From Ramazzottius varieornatus (Eukaryota; Animalia; Tardigrada): a stretch of DNA of 64,000 nt. Location: NCBI GenBank assembly GCA_001949185.1, contig BDGG01000012.1:1480973-1544972 (forward strand). Direction: 5' to 3'. Positions 12,400 through 24,682 of this stretch are shown piece by piece. Under the pieces are notes generated by a model. That model made no database searches. It was not told where the DNA came from and was given only the letters and a program-made list of their open reading frames with translations. The position numbers and the translations under genes are program-made. The first letter of the stretch is position 1. Each line of letters opens with the position of its first letter.

Positions 12400-13289
12400 G
12401 GTGTAGCCTCCAATGAGGCCTGAAAAGAAACGGATGGATTGCAGAGCAGGCTCCACTTACAGAATACTGATAGAACTACAACTTGGCGCCTTAGAGAAGA
12501 AGGACAATCGGATTCTAGCTTCAGTTCAGCTCCGTATTCCAACTTCCTCTCACTACAGCACCGCAGTCCGCAGGTACGGCAGAGAAGTTTGACGCTTATT
12601 CAACGTCTTCGCGAAGGAAAGAAATAGGAGTCTACGAACCAAGAACACAATAGGATGATAGGAGTTCGAAGAGCAAATCAGAAAGCAGTTCGATAAAAAA
12701 TTGAAAAGCCAAAACATCTGGACTGCGGTTCATGGGGTCGCCCACCAAACATACGATATTATTCTCCCACAGCAGGCCGGACTGTTTCCCGAAATTTCCT
12801 CCACGGTAATCACGTCTACCTTTGTTCTTGCAATGCGCTTGGATCCTGGATCGATCCAACTCACGGACCTTTGAATCTGAGCTTCATGACAGGCTGATTC
12901 ATGGCCTCTATGTTTCCCAAACTCCTAAAACAGTAATGGGTGGGCCGACTGTCAATTTGATTAGGTACACCTACGCGATGATGTCTTTTCTCAAGGACGG
13001 AGCTTTGAGAAACTGTATAGGATTCTCAGCTCAGCCAGGACCTTCCGGTATGACCATGCTGTAAGCTGGGTTGTCTTCCTGATGGATCAATCCTTCTGTT
13101 CCCGACTTGCCTTAGCAGCTAATGGTAAAAGGTCAGGACGTTGGTTGCTTGGTATCCATAGAAAAAGGTTCGATGGCAAAGCCTCAAAGGCAAAGCCTCA
13201 AATCGTTTTCTAGTTGAGCGGTCGCATTAGCTGTCGTATATCTCACTTTTTTTAGTACTCCCAGAGTCGTTCGTAAGTCATATTAGAAA

Positions 13290-14078
13290 ATGGTCACCGG
13301 CCATGGAATGCGTCGTGTTTCATTCCGCACGCGAGGAGGCGGTCACGTTACTTTCATGGCGAACGCTTGCAAACACCACAACCATCCTCCCTCACAGGTT
13401 CGTTCGCTAACAGTGCAAAATACTGTGTCCAAAAAACATAGCAACGATGGAACTTTTTACTAATTCATATAGTGCGGTTCAGAGGGAAGTGGCGGTTTAA
13501 AGAGAGGTGGCGATGGCAGTGGAGGCGGAGGAGGATCGCGGAGGCCTCGCCGATCCAAATCGCGAAGTACCTGCGGACCAAGTCGTCGATCTAGTCGTCG
13601 ATCTAGCCGTCGATCTAGTCGTCGCTCGAAACGCTCCGGACAAATGTGCGGTACCAGTTCTCGGCGAAGTAGCCGGCGATCCCGCCGTTCTCGACGTCGC
13701 CGCCATATTGCGCGAGTGAAGGTTCATGGATACATGCGCCGCAGGTTGCCCACCGATCCATCGAAAATACACATCAACGCGTACGTAGCGGAAATTTCAA
13801 CCTTGTAGTGGGCTCCGCAGTTCGTCCATACAGTGGTGCGACAGATCGTTGTCTGCTTTACAGGTACTCGCGACGAAAAAGTCCAAGTTCTTCGTGCAAA
13901 GTGAGAGTTCATGCCTACAATCGCCGCAGATCTCCACTGTCGCCTGGACGGAAACGAATCCACGCGTAAGACTTGAGGTTTCGACCTCCTGAACGGGGGA
14001 TCCTGATTGGGTTTGACTTATTGCAGGTACTCACGCCGAAAACCTCACCGACGCCAAAGTACCCGACGTTGCGGTTAA
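13290..14078 (+). CDS. Arg/Ser-rich protamine-like basic protein, 189 aa, 4 exons (13290-13397, 13473-13780, 13864-13965, 14027-14078)
   Basis: Three GT-AG introns give one uninterrupted 570-nt ORF: MVTGHGMRRVSFRTRGGGHVTFMA...SRRSSRRSSRRSSRRSKRS...RVKVHGYMRRR...KIHINAYSRRK...KVRVHAYNRRR...KRIHAYSRRKPHRRQSTRRCG*. Confidence 0.8.
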
Positions 14079-15358
14079 CCTCTGCGGGTGTCACGCCTTC
14101 TCAGCAAGAAGAATCTAGAGCAGACTTTCGAGACCCATAATTCCTATACGCACACCCACAAACATTTGCCATTTTCGTGTAAAATTTTGTAATTGAGTTG
14201 CATGACGTGTGCTTGATGTTGTGGTACTTTTTCCTGGCTGTTTAGTGGCTGTCCTAAAAAAATGATGCCATTAAAACGTGGTCACACACTGACGAAGAGC
14301 CTTTAACCGGATCACAGCCCTACTGCTCCTACTGTTCGAATCGTCATAAAGCCTGAAGGACACCACGGTCGGCTGCGAAGGTCCTGAGTACCGGTTCTCC
14401 CATTTTTTGATCGGTTACGCGGTTCTGTCACTTCCTGTCTTCTGTCCCCAGCTCGGCGAACCGTATCGTCTACCGAACTGTGCCCCAAGCCATCTTCACT
14501 TTGACAATAATGGTTTCTTAAAGCGAGCCTCCGGTGTCGACTAGTCGCATTCGCGCTTGCGATTCGGGCCAAGAATGCACTTCGCTATTTGCTTCGTTTT
14601 CTTCTCCACCAGTGCCAAGTCTGTGTGTTATTCAGCCACCCCAATTGTACTTCTGGATTAGACAACAAGAGGATGGGCAGTTCTGTGAATCCTCATTTTT
14701 CCCTTCCGCTGGAGGAGCGGGCACCACGCAAGGGTCGCCGAATTGAGGATGTGGAAACAGTAAGGCTGAGTCTTTTGCAAATTACCGAAAATGCGACGAA
14801 GGCCGTGCAAATTCGCATCTCGGCGCGCCCACGAGGTCTCGAGCTATCTGCTGCGAGATCTTTGGGTTATTATGTAGTCCCGCTAGATGAAGTTGCAAGG
14901 CTTAACTTAGGGGACCACTGGTCCGCAATCAGGAAATCTGCGCGTTGTGGTGTCATGTGATGCCTTGACGCGATATGTCATGTCATGTTATCAATATGTC
15001 ATGCATGTCCTGCCTGTGACCTAACATCAGTAACATGGCGTCATTCGTGGGGAGATGGCTTTTATCGATTTTCTCGCTGCAATCTCGCACAGCGTTTTCA
15101 TAGCAAATTTGCAGAAGTTGCTCTCCATCGATTCTGTTTTTTCACCGTCAGACCTGAAGATCCAGTAGAAAGTTCATTACACAGTGAAACCCTGTGAACA
15201 GCTGGGAAGCGTTTATCTGCTCCCGCAAGTTTCTCTTGGTGAATAAATCTCTACTGAAAGTGTAACGTACAAGATCTTCATCAGTAGGTGCGCCTTCGTT
15301 GAGTTCGTTCGTCCATTGCTGGCTTGCATTGACTTGTTGTTTCTTGTTCCTCTAGCAA

Positions 15359-15648
15359 ATGGACCGCGCCGCACTACGACGTCAAGTAGACTCCCTAAAG
15401 ATGCAAGTTAACATGGAACGTATGCCTCTTTCTCGCTCAATTGGAGAGTGAGTGAGAGCCATTATATTCAACATCATTATTCCTATATAAGCTGTTAGCT
15501 GCAGAGGAACGACTAAGCTTTATGTATGTGGTGTAATTTTAGGCTGAGAAATTACGTCGAAAGCCACGAAAGGAACGATCCGCTGGTGTTTCCTGTGGAC
15601 AAAAAGGCTAATCCATGGGCCGAGAAGACGAAATGCGTCCTGTTTTAA
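15359..15648 (+). CDS. Heterotrimeric G-protein gamma subunit (Ggamma30A/GNG13-like), 64 aa, exons 15359-15447 and 15543-15648
   Basis: [64 protein letters not shown]; DPL and NPW motifs, C-terminal CaaX; closely resembles Drosophila Ggamma30A. Confidence 0.93.
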
Positions 15649-16190
15649 CCACATGCGAGTACATGCCACTCGATCTTACGGACCCAGCTACAGCTGCACC
15701 AAGCGCAGGAAATTATAATCAATGTCTCTCCACTGCACTTGTCGTTTTATCAAGGTCTGCCCTAACTTTTATATGTAGTGCTTTTTATTTGTACCATTCC
15801 TGGCTGTTAGTCTTTAATCTTTTACTAGTCTCCGTTTAACGTATGTTCGTTTCAACGCGCGATGTGGACAGCGGTCCGTGAGCCACGGCAATGCCAAGGT
15901 CCCTGACTTGCTTTCTAGCGTTCAGGCAATGTCCACTGGCCAGTAACATCTATCTGAATCGGGGAATTTTCCAGATACGTGGTTCGAACAGAATCACGGA
16001 TGGAAACTATTGGACAGTACGTGCAGATCACTGGAAGGGTCTCTAGCGACGACAGAAAAATTGTACATTAAGTATAAACTGTTCAGCTGTCAGTCGTGTA
16101 GAAAAAATCAACGAAGCTTTGCAGATATATCGAAGGCACTCAACGAATCAACAAATTCATGGTTGTATGTATATATGAAAATATGATGTC

Positions 16191-17962
16191 TTATTTGCTG
16201 TGAAGACCCTCACGTTCGCGCTGGATATCGGCTGCAGTCGGAAGTACGATCTTCTCTGTGGGGTTCGCGTGGTTGAGAGCTTTTTTGTCAAAGTTCTCCA
16301 CCCCTTGTATGACGTCGTGATGGACGCGTTCGGTCTTGAGGTCCTCGGCCGAAGGAAGAGCAGAGGCTTCTTGGACCTCTTGGTGGTTCAGCTGCTTCTT
16401 GTTGAAGCCTTCGATGCCGGAAATCAGATCATGATGCTTCTTCTCCTCTATCAAGTCTGCAAAGCACATTTTTTAAGGCGGTGACTGTTTATTTGAACAG
16501 GGAAATAGGAGCGACAGTGACAGAAAAAGAACAAAGTCTCTATACAAACTTCCTTACCAGACTCCGACGGCAAGCGAACTTTGACTTGTGTTTCCGTGTG
16601 ATGCAGCTTGATTTGATTCAGCTCGTTCTTGAAATCAGGCCCAACCTGCAACAGTCAGCAGGGTTCAAGCATATTCAAGTGCATGAAAGATCGATATAAG
16701 TACACGCGCCTCGCCTAGTTATTGGCCCGGACAAAAATTTTGGCCACCGGCCGAAAGCGGCAGCTGTCAGCTAAGCTGACCAATCAATCAGAGCATTGCC
16801 GCTTTCGGCCGGTGACCAGAAATTCTGTCCCAGCCAACAATTAGGTCAGGACTCAGGCGCGTGTACAGTACGAGTACGAGTACGATTAATGTATATGGAT
16901 TACGGAGCGTCGGCAAATGATTCCACCCAGATTACTGTCTCAAGTGGCGCATCTTTTACTGTTATAAACTCAGAGTGGGCGTAACTTGAGAAAACGATCT
17001 GGGTTGATTCTTTGCCGACAATATGCAAGACCTCCACAGGAGCCAATACCCATTTCTAGTTTATTTCTACTCGAACCGAGATGTAGTTTACCGCTTACGG
17101 AAAAAACAGGCATCGTACAGTTGCTCACCTTGGGTACGTCGTTCAGATTTGGACTGGGCATGTTGGCATGTCGTTCCACCTCAATGTCTACGATAAACAA
17201 ATTGGGCATCAAATGACGGTACGAGCACTAAACGATCCACCACACCACCCACTAGCCTCACTCGGAAGAGAGACGGTCATAGACTCGTTGCTCTTCATGC
17301 ATGTAATGATGTTAAGATGAAAACACTTCCACGGATGCGCAAGCACGATTCGATTGGGTTCTCCGTACAGAAATACGGGGGTTCTTGAGGTCGACGATAA
17401 TTTCGAAGGTGATAATGCGGATCTGCAACACTATCGCCTCTTGTGAACATCCAATTTGGGAAAGGGATCGACAATGTTTGAAATTCATTGTCGGTAATCG
17501 GTATACTTTTCTTCCCTCTTCCGCCCGAGAATATATATTGGTCAACTCATCTCGCGTTGTCACATTGTCACTGCGCGGAGCCCACATAGCGGGCTCCTCG
17601 CACGTATCATAATTAACCTCAAATTTCACAATGATTGAGAACTTCTTGCGGGAAAATGATGGGTTTCCTCTTACCTATGGCATTTGGCAACCTCGGCTCC
17701 TTGGTCTCGGCATGTTCCAGCTTGTTCTTGTCGAACTTCTCAATACCCTGGATCAGTGAATGATGAGCACGTTCCGACTGGAGATCTGAAACCAACCATT
17801 GTCGATATGTCATCCATATTAGCTGGCCAGGTCAGCTGACTCAGTTCCTCGGCTCCTACCTTCTTTCGTTGGCAGCACTCCCTTGACCACGGGCTCGGTA
17901 GGCCTCAACGTCACTTTGTTAATCTCCCCCTTCAAGACCTCCTTGTTAACGTGACCACTCAT
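16191..17962 (-). CDS. Multi-repeat beta-thymosin (ciboulot/tetrathymosin-like) with two alternative 5' exon pairs
   Basis: WH2/thymosin repeats IEGFNKKQLNHQEVQEASALP, VENFDKKALNHANPTEKIVLP, IEKFDKNKLEHAETKEPRLP. Form A: 17161-17129, 16645-16558, 16456-16191. Form B: 17962-17860, 17785-17675, then (inferred) 16456-16191. Confidence 0.88.
16703..16863. mobile_element. Foldback MITE in thymosin intron (TA target, Tc1/mariner-type)
   Basis: TA|CACGCGCCT...AGGCGCGTG|TA with ~60-bp imperfect inverted arms (...CACCGGCCGAAAGCGGCA / TGCCGCTTTCGGCCGGTG...). Confidence 0.8.
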
Positions 17963-19029
17963 AATGCTCCTTTTGGGTAGAATACTGCAACTGGATCGCA
18001 GGAACCTGAAGGAGATAACCGTACAGAGATAAAATTGATCGGGGATGCGAGGTTCGATCAACAACGAAATCATCTGTTACTCCTTAATCTGCTCAAACCT
18101 CACCTTGGTTCTCGCTCGAGCAAACGTGTCCAACTTCAATGTCACAAGTCACAGACTGGCAGTAAAATGTATAATCGGCACCGAGAAGCGACTTTGAGTA
18201 AAGGTTAGTAAACTGTTAACATTCAGCTGGTGCTGTATGGGCCGAATATGTACCCCGTCCAACTACGCATCCTACGGTATGCATGAATACCAGCCCTTTC
18301 TCAGCAAGTTCAAGCTTGTGATTCGACCGGTTTCGATAACTTGCTGCCTTATCTTTGTTTGTCTTTTGAAGGAGGCATCACGTGGTTGCTCACTCATTTC
18401 CCTTCTGACGATTCACAACTCTGCTGACAGAGCTGAAGCTGGGTCTGTCCTACGGTCTGTGAAGGGCTTTGGGTACAGAGAAAGGACGGAGAAAGAAGCT
18501 ACTGTTGGGAAGGATTGACCGATGTACTGTGACGAGGCGAGAGAGATGATAAGGAGGCCAAGACTCCTCCAAACATCCGAGTTCATCTAAAATTATACCT
18601 CCATATATATTATTAACAACATGACTGACATGGGTAAAATGCGGCAAAGACACGAATCAAGAAAACGCATCTAGAGAAATTATTGATACAGCGAAACTGC
18701 TGTACACGGGTACGGTTAGTTGAGAGTTTTCAGTCAGAGATTCCGTTAAGTGGATAATCTGTGATCTTGTTGACGCACCTCAAATCGCAGCAAGCCAGCG
18801 ACCGAAAATTTTCAGGTTCACAAGCCAGGGCTCTGGGTCCTTGTGAATCTACGATGCAGTATGAAGACCGCCAAAATCTCAGGCTTGTCTACAAGACCCC
18901 CGGTTCCCCGACATTTCACTTCCTGGTTCCTCCGCTCCCATAAGTCTTCATCGGCACCATTGCGCTCGTCTTCAGCTTACTGCAGTAGCACGCCCAAACA
19001 CACTCAGAATCAATACTGAACACCCAGTT

Positions 19030-19521
19030 TCATAGGGTGGTTTGCTTCGGAGTCTGCTCCGAATCTCTGGAATACTGCAACACAGAAAAAACACGATTAG
19101 AGTACTACATCGTACTTCTGTCACAACGCAATAGTTAGCGGGGTATACGAGGCCAGCGGACGGCGCCCACGAATCGCTATGAATGCTTGATAATCGGTGT
19201 GGAAAATACCTTCTGAACTATCCATTCCGAATCCTTTATAGCTCGCTGGATAATCTGAAGAACTCGCTCAGGATCGCTTTCATCCGCATGGCTGTTATAA
19301 CTCTGCAATTCGATCAGATAACCACTCTCAGCAAAGACTTCATAAAGACAGTATTATCGGGTCACATCAACCGGATTTTCTCGCTGCATGAGTCAACCGT
19401 AAAACGTACAGCGTACCTGTCGAATCTGGAACCGGTAGAATTGAGCTGGTTCCGGAGGCAGTTTGGCACACTGACGTAGCAGGAACCTGTATAGTTTGAC
19501 TGGAGAGTTCACCGCAGCCAT
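19030..19521 (-). CDS. LYRM9: LYR motif-containing protein 9
   Basis: MAAVNSPVKLYRFLLRQCAKLP...IRQ|SYNSHADESDPERVLQIIQRAIKDSEWIVQK|YSRD...; matches the LYRM9 pattern. Confidence 0.9.
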
Positions 19522-19989
19522 CGATCTTGCACCGAGTTCGGACGAAGTGCGTTCACCAGATGTATTCGAGCTCAAGCCTCTTTCCTGTTCCGACTCCCGG
19601 AAGTAATCACTCGCCAATCCACGTACCAGCTTTGGTGAGGTTCAGTCTCGACTGTAACTTGACATAACCAAAGAAAAAGCGTTTCCACAAATCACAAGGA
19701 AAACCGAACAGAACCGGAAGTGAAACTGAGGAGATTGCGATAACCTCCAAGTAGACCAATCATATATGCGAAAATCATATAACTCCGCCCCTGACCAGCT
19801 GATTGTTTTGAAATTAAATTGGCGGATATTTCGAACAGAATCCATCATTCAGTTTCGTTGTCCAGCCACCATCCGAGTCTGCTCTTCAGCTCTGCTCGTC
19901 AAGCTTGGAGTCTTGTCCCTTCGCGGCACTCCGTATCAGGATCGCCGGCGGGTAGACTTTGGCGGAAGGCAGGGCGATTGATATTGAAC

Positions 19990-21592
19990 ATGGACGATGT
20001 GGACATGTTGGATACGACCCGTACAAGTATCCCAGCATCGCGCTCCACTCAACCGGCTGCCAAAGACAAACCAGCAGATTTTGCTAATCCATCGTCTAGA
20101 ATCCCCTGGTCAGTCTGCGGTAAATCTAAGCTGCATGGATAACGTCACTATAGCGTTATTCTCTTCCAGGGTGGAAAAATACCGACCTCGGCTGCTGAAG
20201 GATGTTGTGGGAAACGAAGACACCGTTACTCGGTTGGCTGCTTTTTCCAAGATTGGCAATGTCCCTAACATCATCATCGCTGTAAGTACTCATGTTAGTT
20301 AAATATGCTCAAATAGTCCTTTGCCGGACTTACATAGCAGTTTTCTTCTAGGGTCCTCCTGGAACAGGCAAGACCACTAGTATATTGGCCCTGGCACATG
20401 CGCTGTTAGGAGATAACTTCAAAGAAGGCGTACTGGAACTGAACGCTTCAAACGATCGGGGCATCGAAGTCGTACGGACGAAGATCAAAACTTTCGCGCA
20501 GAAGAAGTTGAATCTACCGGAAGGTAACTTCGTGGAGTAGTCTTTGGAATATATAACAGGAAACTTCTTCGAACGTTAATGAGGAATTTTTTCTGTCAGA
20601 TATCTGACTGTTGGAAATGCGGTTCATATTGATAAACTGTTTATTCTAGGACGACACAAAATAATCGTGCTCGACGAGGCTGACGCGATGACGGAAGGTG
20701 CTCAGCAAGCTCTTCGTCGTACCATGGAACTCTATTCCAGCACCACAAGATTCGCTCTCGCGTGTAACGACTCTGAGAAAATCATCGAGCCAATCCAGTC
20801 GCGATGTGCCGTACTACGCTTTACCAAATTATCCGACGCTCAGCTTCTCAGGAGGCTTCTGGAAGTCTGTGATACCGAAAAAGCAAGTAACTATTTCGGG
20901 AAACTCTTCCCAGTTAGCTTATTCACAAATTTCTGGTATAGATTTACCAAGGTCCTTTTTCCTTTCAGGTTCGATATGACGACGATGGGTTGAATGCGAT
21001 CATGTTCACTGCACAAGGTGACATGCGTCAAGCTCTGAACAACCTTCAGTCCACAGTCGACGGCTTTGGTTTCGTCAACAGCGAAAATGTTTTTAAAGTA
21101 CGAGTCCGAAATCAGTTGTACTACTGTAGTACCGTCGTTAATGGTCAGTTTGTGAACCACGATTTTACTCTTAGATTTGCGACGAGCCACATCCGGAGCA
21201 TGTTTCAAGAATGCTGGACGCCTGCATCAAAGGTGATATTGACGAAGCCTACAAGATCCTAAACTATCTCTGGAGTCTCGGATACGCAGCAGAAGACATA
21301 ATCGGCATCATCTTCCGTGTCTGCAAGATCCACCCTATGGCAGAGTTCCTCAAACTAGAGTACATCAAGGTACAAATTCATAAAATCTTCTAAAATATAC
21401 GAGGAAATCGTTATATCTATAGTCGATCGAAACAGAATATCATATAAAATGCTAGAAGTTTCCTCTTCATTTTAGGAAATTGGGTTAACGCACAAGAAGA
21501 TAGTGGAAGGTCTCGGCACATTGGTTCAACTGACCGGCTTAATAGCTCGTATGTGTCGTATCGTACAAAACAAGGCACAACCGACCAGATAA
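19990..21592 (+). CDS. RFC2: Replication factor C subunit 2 (40 kDa; yeast RFC4 orthologue)
   Basis: [63 protein letters not shown]; one GC-AG intron (donor 20883). Confidence 0.96.
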
Positions 21593-21597
21593 CCTTC

Positions 21598-23973
21598 TCA
21601 AGCTATTCCACTACCTTCCGTCGCCATCTCTTCTTCCGGTTCGTCGGCATCGGATGGCCCAACGGGTGCCATTTCCTCTTCTTGTAAATTGAGTCCTTCC
21701 AGCATTTCTTGTAGAGTAATTTTAGGGTAAGCTTCGTCTTGGTCGTCTTGATCAACTGGCATGGCGTTCGGATCTGTCAAACGTTCACGTTAACAACAAC
21801 TTCGGTCACGAAACAACCAATTTTGTAAAACATTTAACCTTTATAAATATTGACTCCTTGGCGAATGTTGACGTCTTCTTCCAAGTCTTCCAAGAAGTCC
21901 TCGTAATCTCTGCAAACCAAAAAGCATTTACGTAGTTTTTAGCTACATGTGTCGGTTTACTTACGATAAAACGAAAGAACCCATCTTACCCTCCAGCAGT
22001 ACTGCCATCGGTGACCGATCCGTTCTCCTTAGCAAGTCGTCTGAGCCTCCACTGTCGAGCTCGCTTTCGCGTACTCTTATCAGCGTAAACCTTCTTCACG
22101 AGAATCTACACGAAGCACACCGTTAACCAACTCGAGATGTCACATACGCTGGTTTCTCGGGATGGCACGTACCACATCGGGCATCCTTCCTTTCTTGGAC
22201 TGACGCTTCTCAAAGTCCTCGAAGTGTTCTTCGTTAACATTTGCATTTCCCAAATCAAACCTATCAGAAAAGACGTTGATTGCCCGTGAACAAGTTGACG
22301 ACGGGACTGGGCACTTGTCATTCTTACCCAAGAACAGTGTCTCCAGGGTTCAACAGGTGTCCCAAGTGGGAACGCGTGTGGTACTGCTGGTTATCGGACT
22401 TTCCCAGGTCGGATGACTTCACCACCCACACATCAGCCACCACGTGCTACCAATGGAAGAGAATGGTTGTGACAAACAAATCAGGGTTATGCAGGTCCAG
22501 AAGCCTCGTGTAACTAACCTTTTCTGATAATCTACCCGTAGAGCCTCTCATGTCCATCTCGTTGACCGTATCGACATCCATTACGGTAAACTCCGACAAA
22601 TGCTTCTGAGTACAAATGGACCGGAAAGGTTCGCGCCAGTAGAGATTTCCGCTCATCTCGGCCACTGTAAGCAGTGGTGGCACTACAGATAGATAACATA
22701 ATGGACTTCCGGGATGGAATCTTACCTTGGGCTGTTTTCGGGTCAATGAACTGAACGACGGAGGTTACTCGGGTACATATCGCAAGCTCCGAAAAGTTTC
22801 CAAGGCTTCTAGCTGTTTCCCTCGGCAGACAAACGATATCATCCTTACAGATGGGAACGATCTCGACGGAAAAGGTGTACTTGTAGTTGTAAACGTTGTT
22901 GTTTGGGTCGTGGGAAAGAAGTTGCTCGGACGTCTGGTAGCGACAGGGAACCACACTGAGCAGAAAGTCGAGAAACTTCCGCGCATCCGAGCGGTTGGCG
23001 AAGAAGAAATCCACTCCAGCTATTCGAGAACCCAGTTATCCAATCGACATGTTTGATGGACCAGGCCAACTTCTCCACGTACCAGGCAGCTGTTTGATGT
23101 TCACTGTGCGGAGATGAGCCTTGTGCTTGAGGATGAGCTGTTCCAGGTAGTAGAAGGTCTTCTTGTGTTCGGCCTATAAAGAAATACAACTTCGATTCGA
23201 TATGCAGAATGGGGATCTCTTTACCTTCTGACGGAGTTGCACGACAGATCTCCAGAAGTCCTTCGCTTCAGCCCGATGGCAGTTATCGCACATTTGCGTA
23301 TGGACAACGTACTCAATCACAAAGGTCTGCTGCAAAACTGCGCCCTGGATGACTTCCTTCTGCACCGTCAACTTAACCTTAATACGCCGAGAATGAGGTT
23401 CCGTCCAGACGAAGTTAGCGTCCACCAGTCTGACCTGCAGAAGGAAACGTCTAGCACAAGTGAATCGAAAGTAGATTCAACTGATGCGGCCGCACGTCAA
23501 AACCGGGCCGTTTCTTCCATGTAAGACACAAGTTACCTGGGCGAGTCCTTTTACACGTTTCAAGCAGATACTCAAAAGTTCTTTGGATTCCGGAGCGCAG
23601 GTGACCCACTGACCAGGTGGCACAGCATATCTATGACACGATTTGCACATATTCAAAGTGTTCTGCTTCGCGATGTCCTCTGTGATGTCCACTTTTGATC
23701 GAAGACAAGCTATGCACATGTTGGTCGCGTTGGGCTCGATCGGCGTACCGCAGGAGAAGCACAATCTGCAATAAACAAGGAACAGAGAGAGACAGTTAAT
23801 AAACTTCCGGTTTCTGTAACTAGCACGAGTGGGTTTTATCTCGCGTGTCAGAAAGTCTGACCAGTTTTTATGACAATATCATCCCTCTAAATGCCGAAAA
23901 ACCATGGGATACACAGTACTCACATTTTACCAACAGCAGGTGCCGGAGCGACGTTTCCCCCAATAGGATCCAT
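21598..23973 (-). CDS. NMD3: 60S ribosomal export protein NMD3
   Basis: LCFSCGTPIEPNATNMCIACLRSKVDITEDI, DANFVWTEPHSRRIKVKLTVQKE, CDNC, YKYTFSVEIVPICKDD; C-terminal NES-like ITLQEMLEGLNL. Confidence 0.96.
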
Positions 23974-24682
23974 ACTGCTACATGCGGATAAAATTCCGAT
24001 GTCCTGATGACAGACCTCCAAGGTAGTTTGTCTAACCAACAGCACGAGTTCCTGTAGCGCTTTGAGTCCCGCCCGTCAATAGAAGCGTGTTGAACTATGT
24101 ACTGTATATCCTGGATAAATCAGATCCTCGGGAGGATTTCGTTACAGAAATGCGAATGAAGGCAACCGGAAGTCTAGACTCTTACAGTCTAGAGCGTATA
24201 GCAAATAGCGTTGCGAAATCGAGCATTTCGGTCAACTTTCGCGAAAACAGATAACTTACCTCATCATACCTGACCTCGCTGAGGGATTTAAGGTAAATCA
24301 CCGCTGTCCCGGTAAAAGAAACATATACCCCCGGATTTCGGACAACTGCCGAAGCCAACGATGTTGTCGCCCGGTCGGCCAGCCCCTGCCCTTGAGAACA
24401 GCAGGGAATACTTCCTAAGTTCCTGTTTCTCTTTGTTTGGAAATTTGGCATGCTTGTCGATCTCAACTCTCCAACGGTTTCCGAACCTCTTGGATCTCGC
24501 AGCGGTTTTGTCCCCTGTCGATTACAGTTATCAAAGAGCCTACTATGAACGAGCAGCACCAGCTTCATCGCTGCCAAGGGATGGAGATATCGGTCGGTTG
24601 ACTCGCTTCGGAAAGACGGGAAAAGAGCTATTCATCCAACGACTCTTCGCCACTACGTATCGTCTGCCTGTAGTTTGAAATC

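Noticed and set aside
13175-13202. Tandem 14-bp duplication GGCAAAGCCTCAAA upstream of the protamine-like gene
   Set aside because: A single short duplication with no evidence of function
13497-13772. ORFs 13507-13719 (VVDL repeats) and 13497-13772
   Set aside because: Alternative-frame and antisense readings of the 12-bp AGTCGTCGATCT repeat that encodes SRRS
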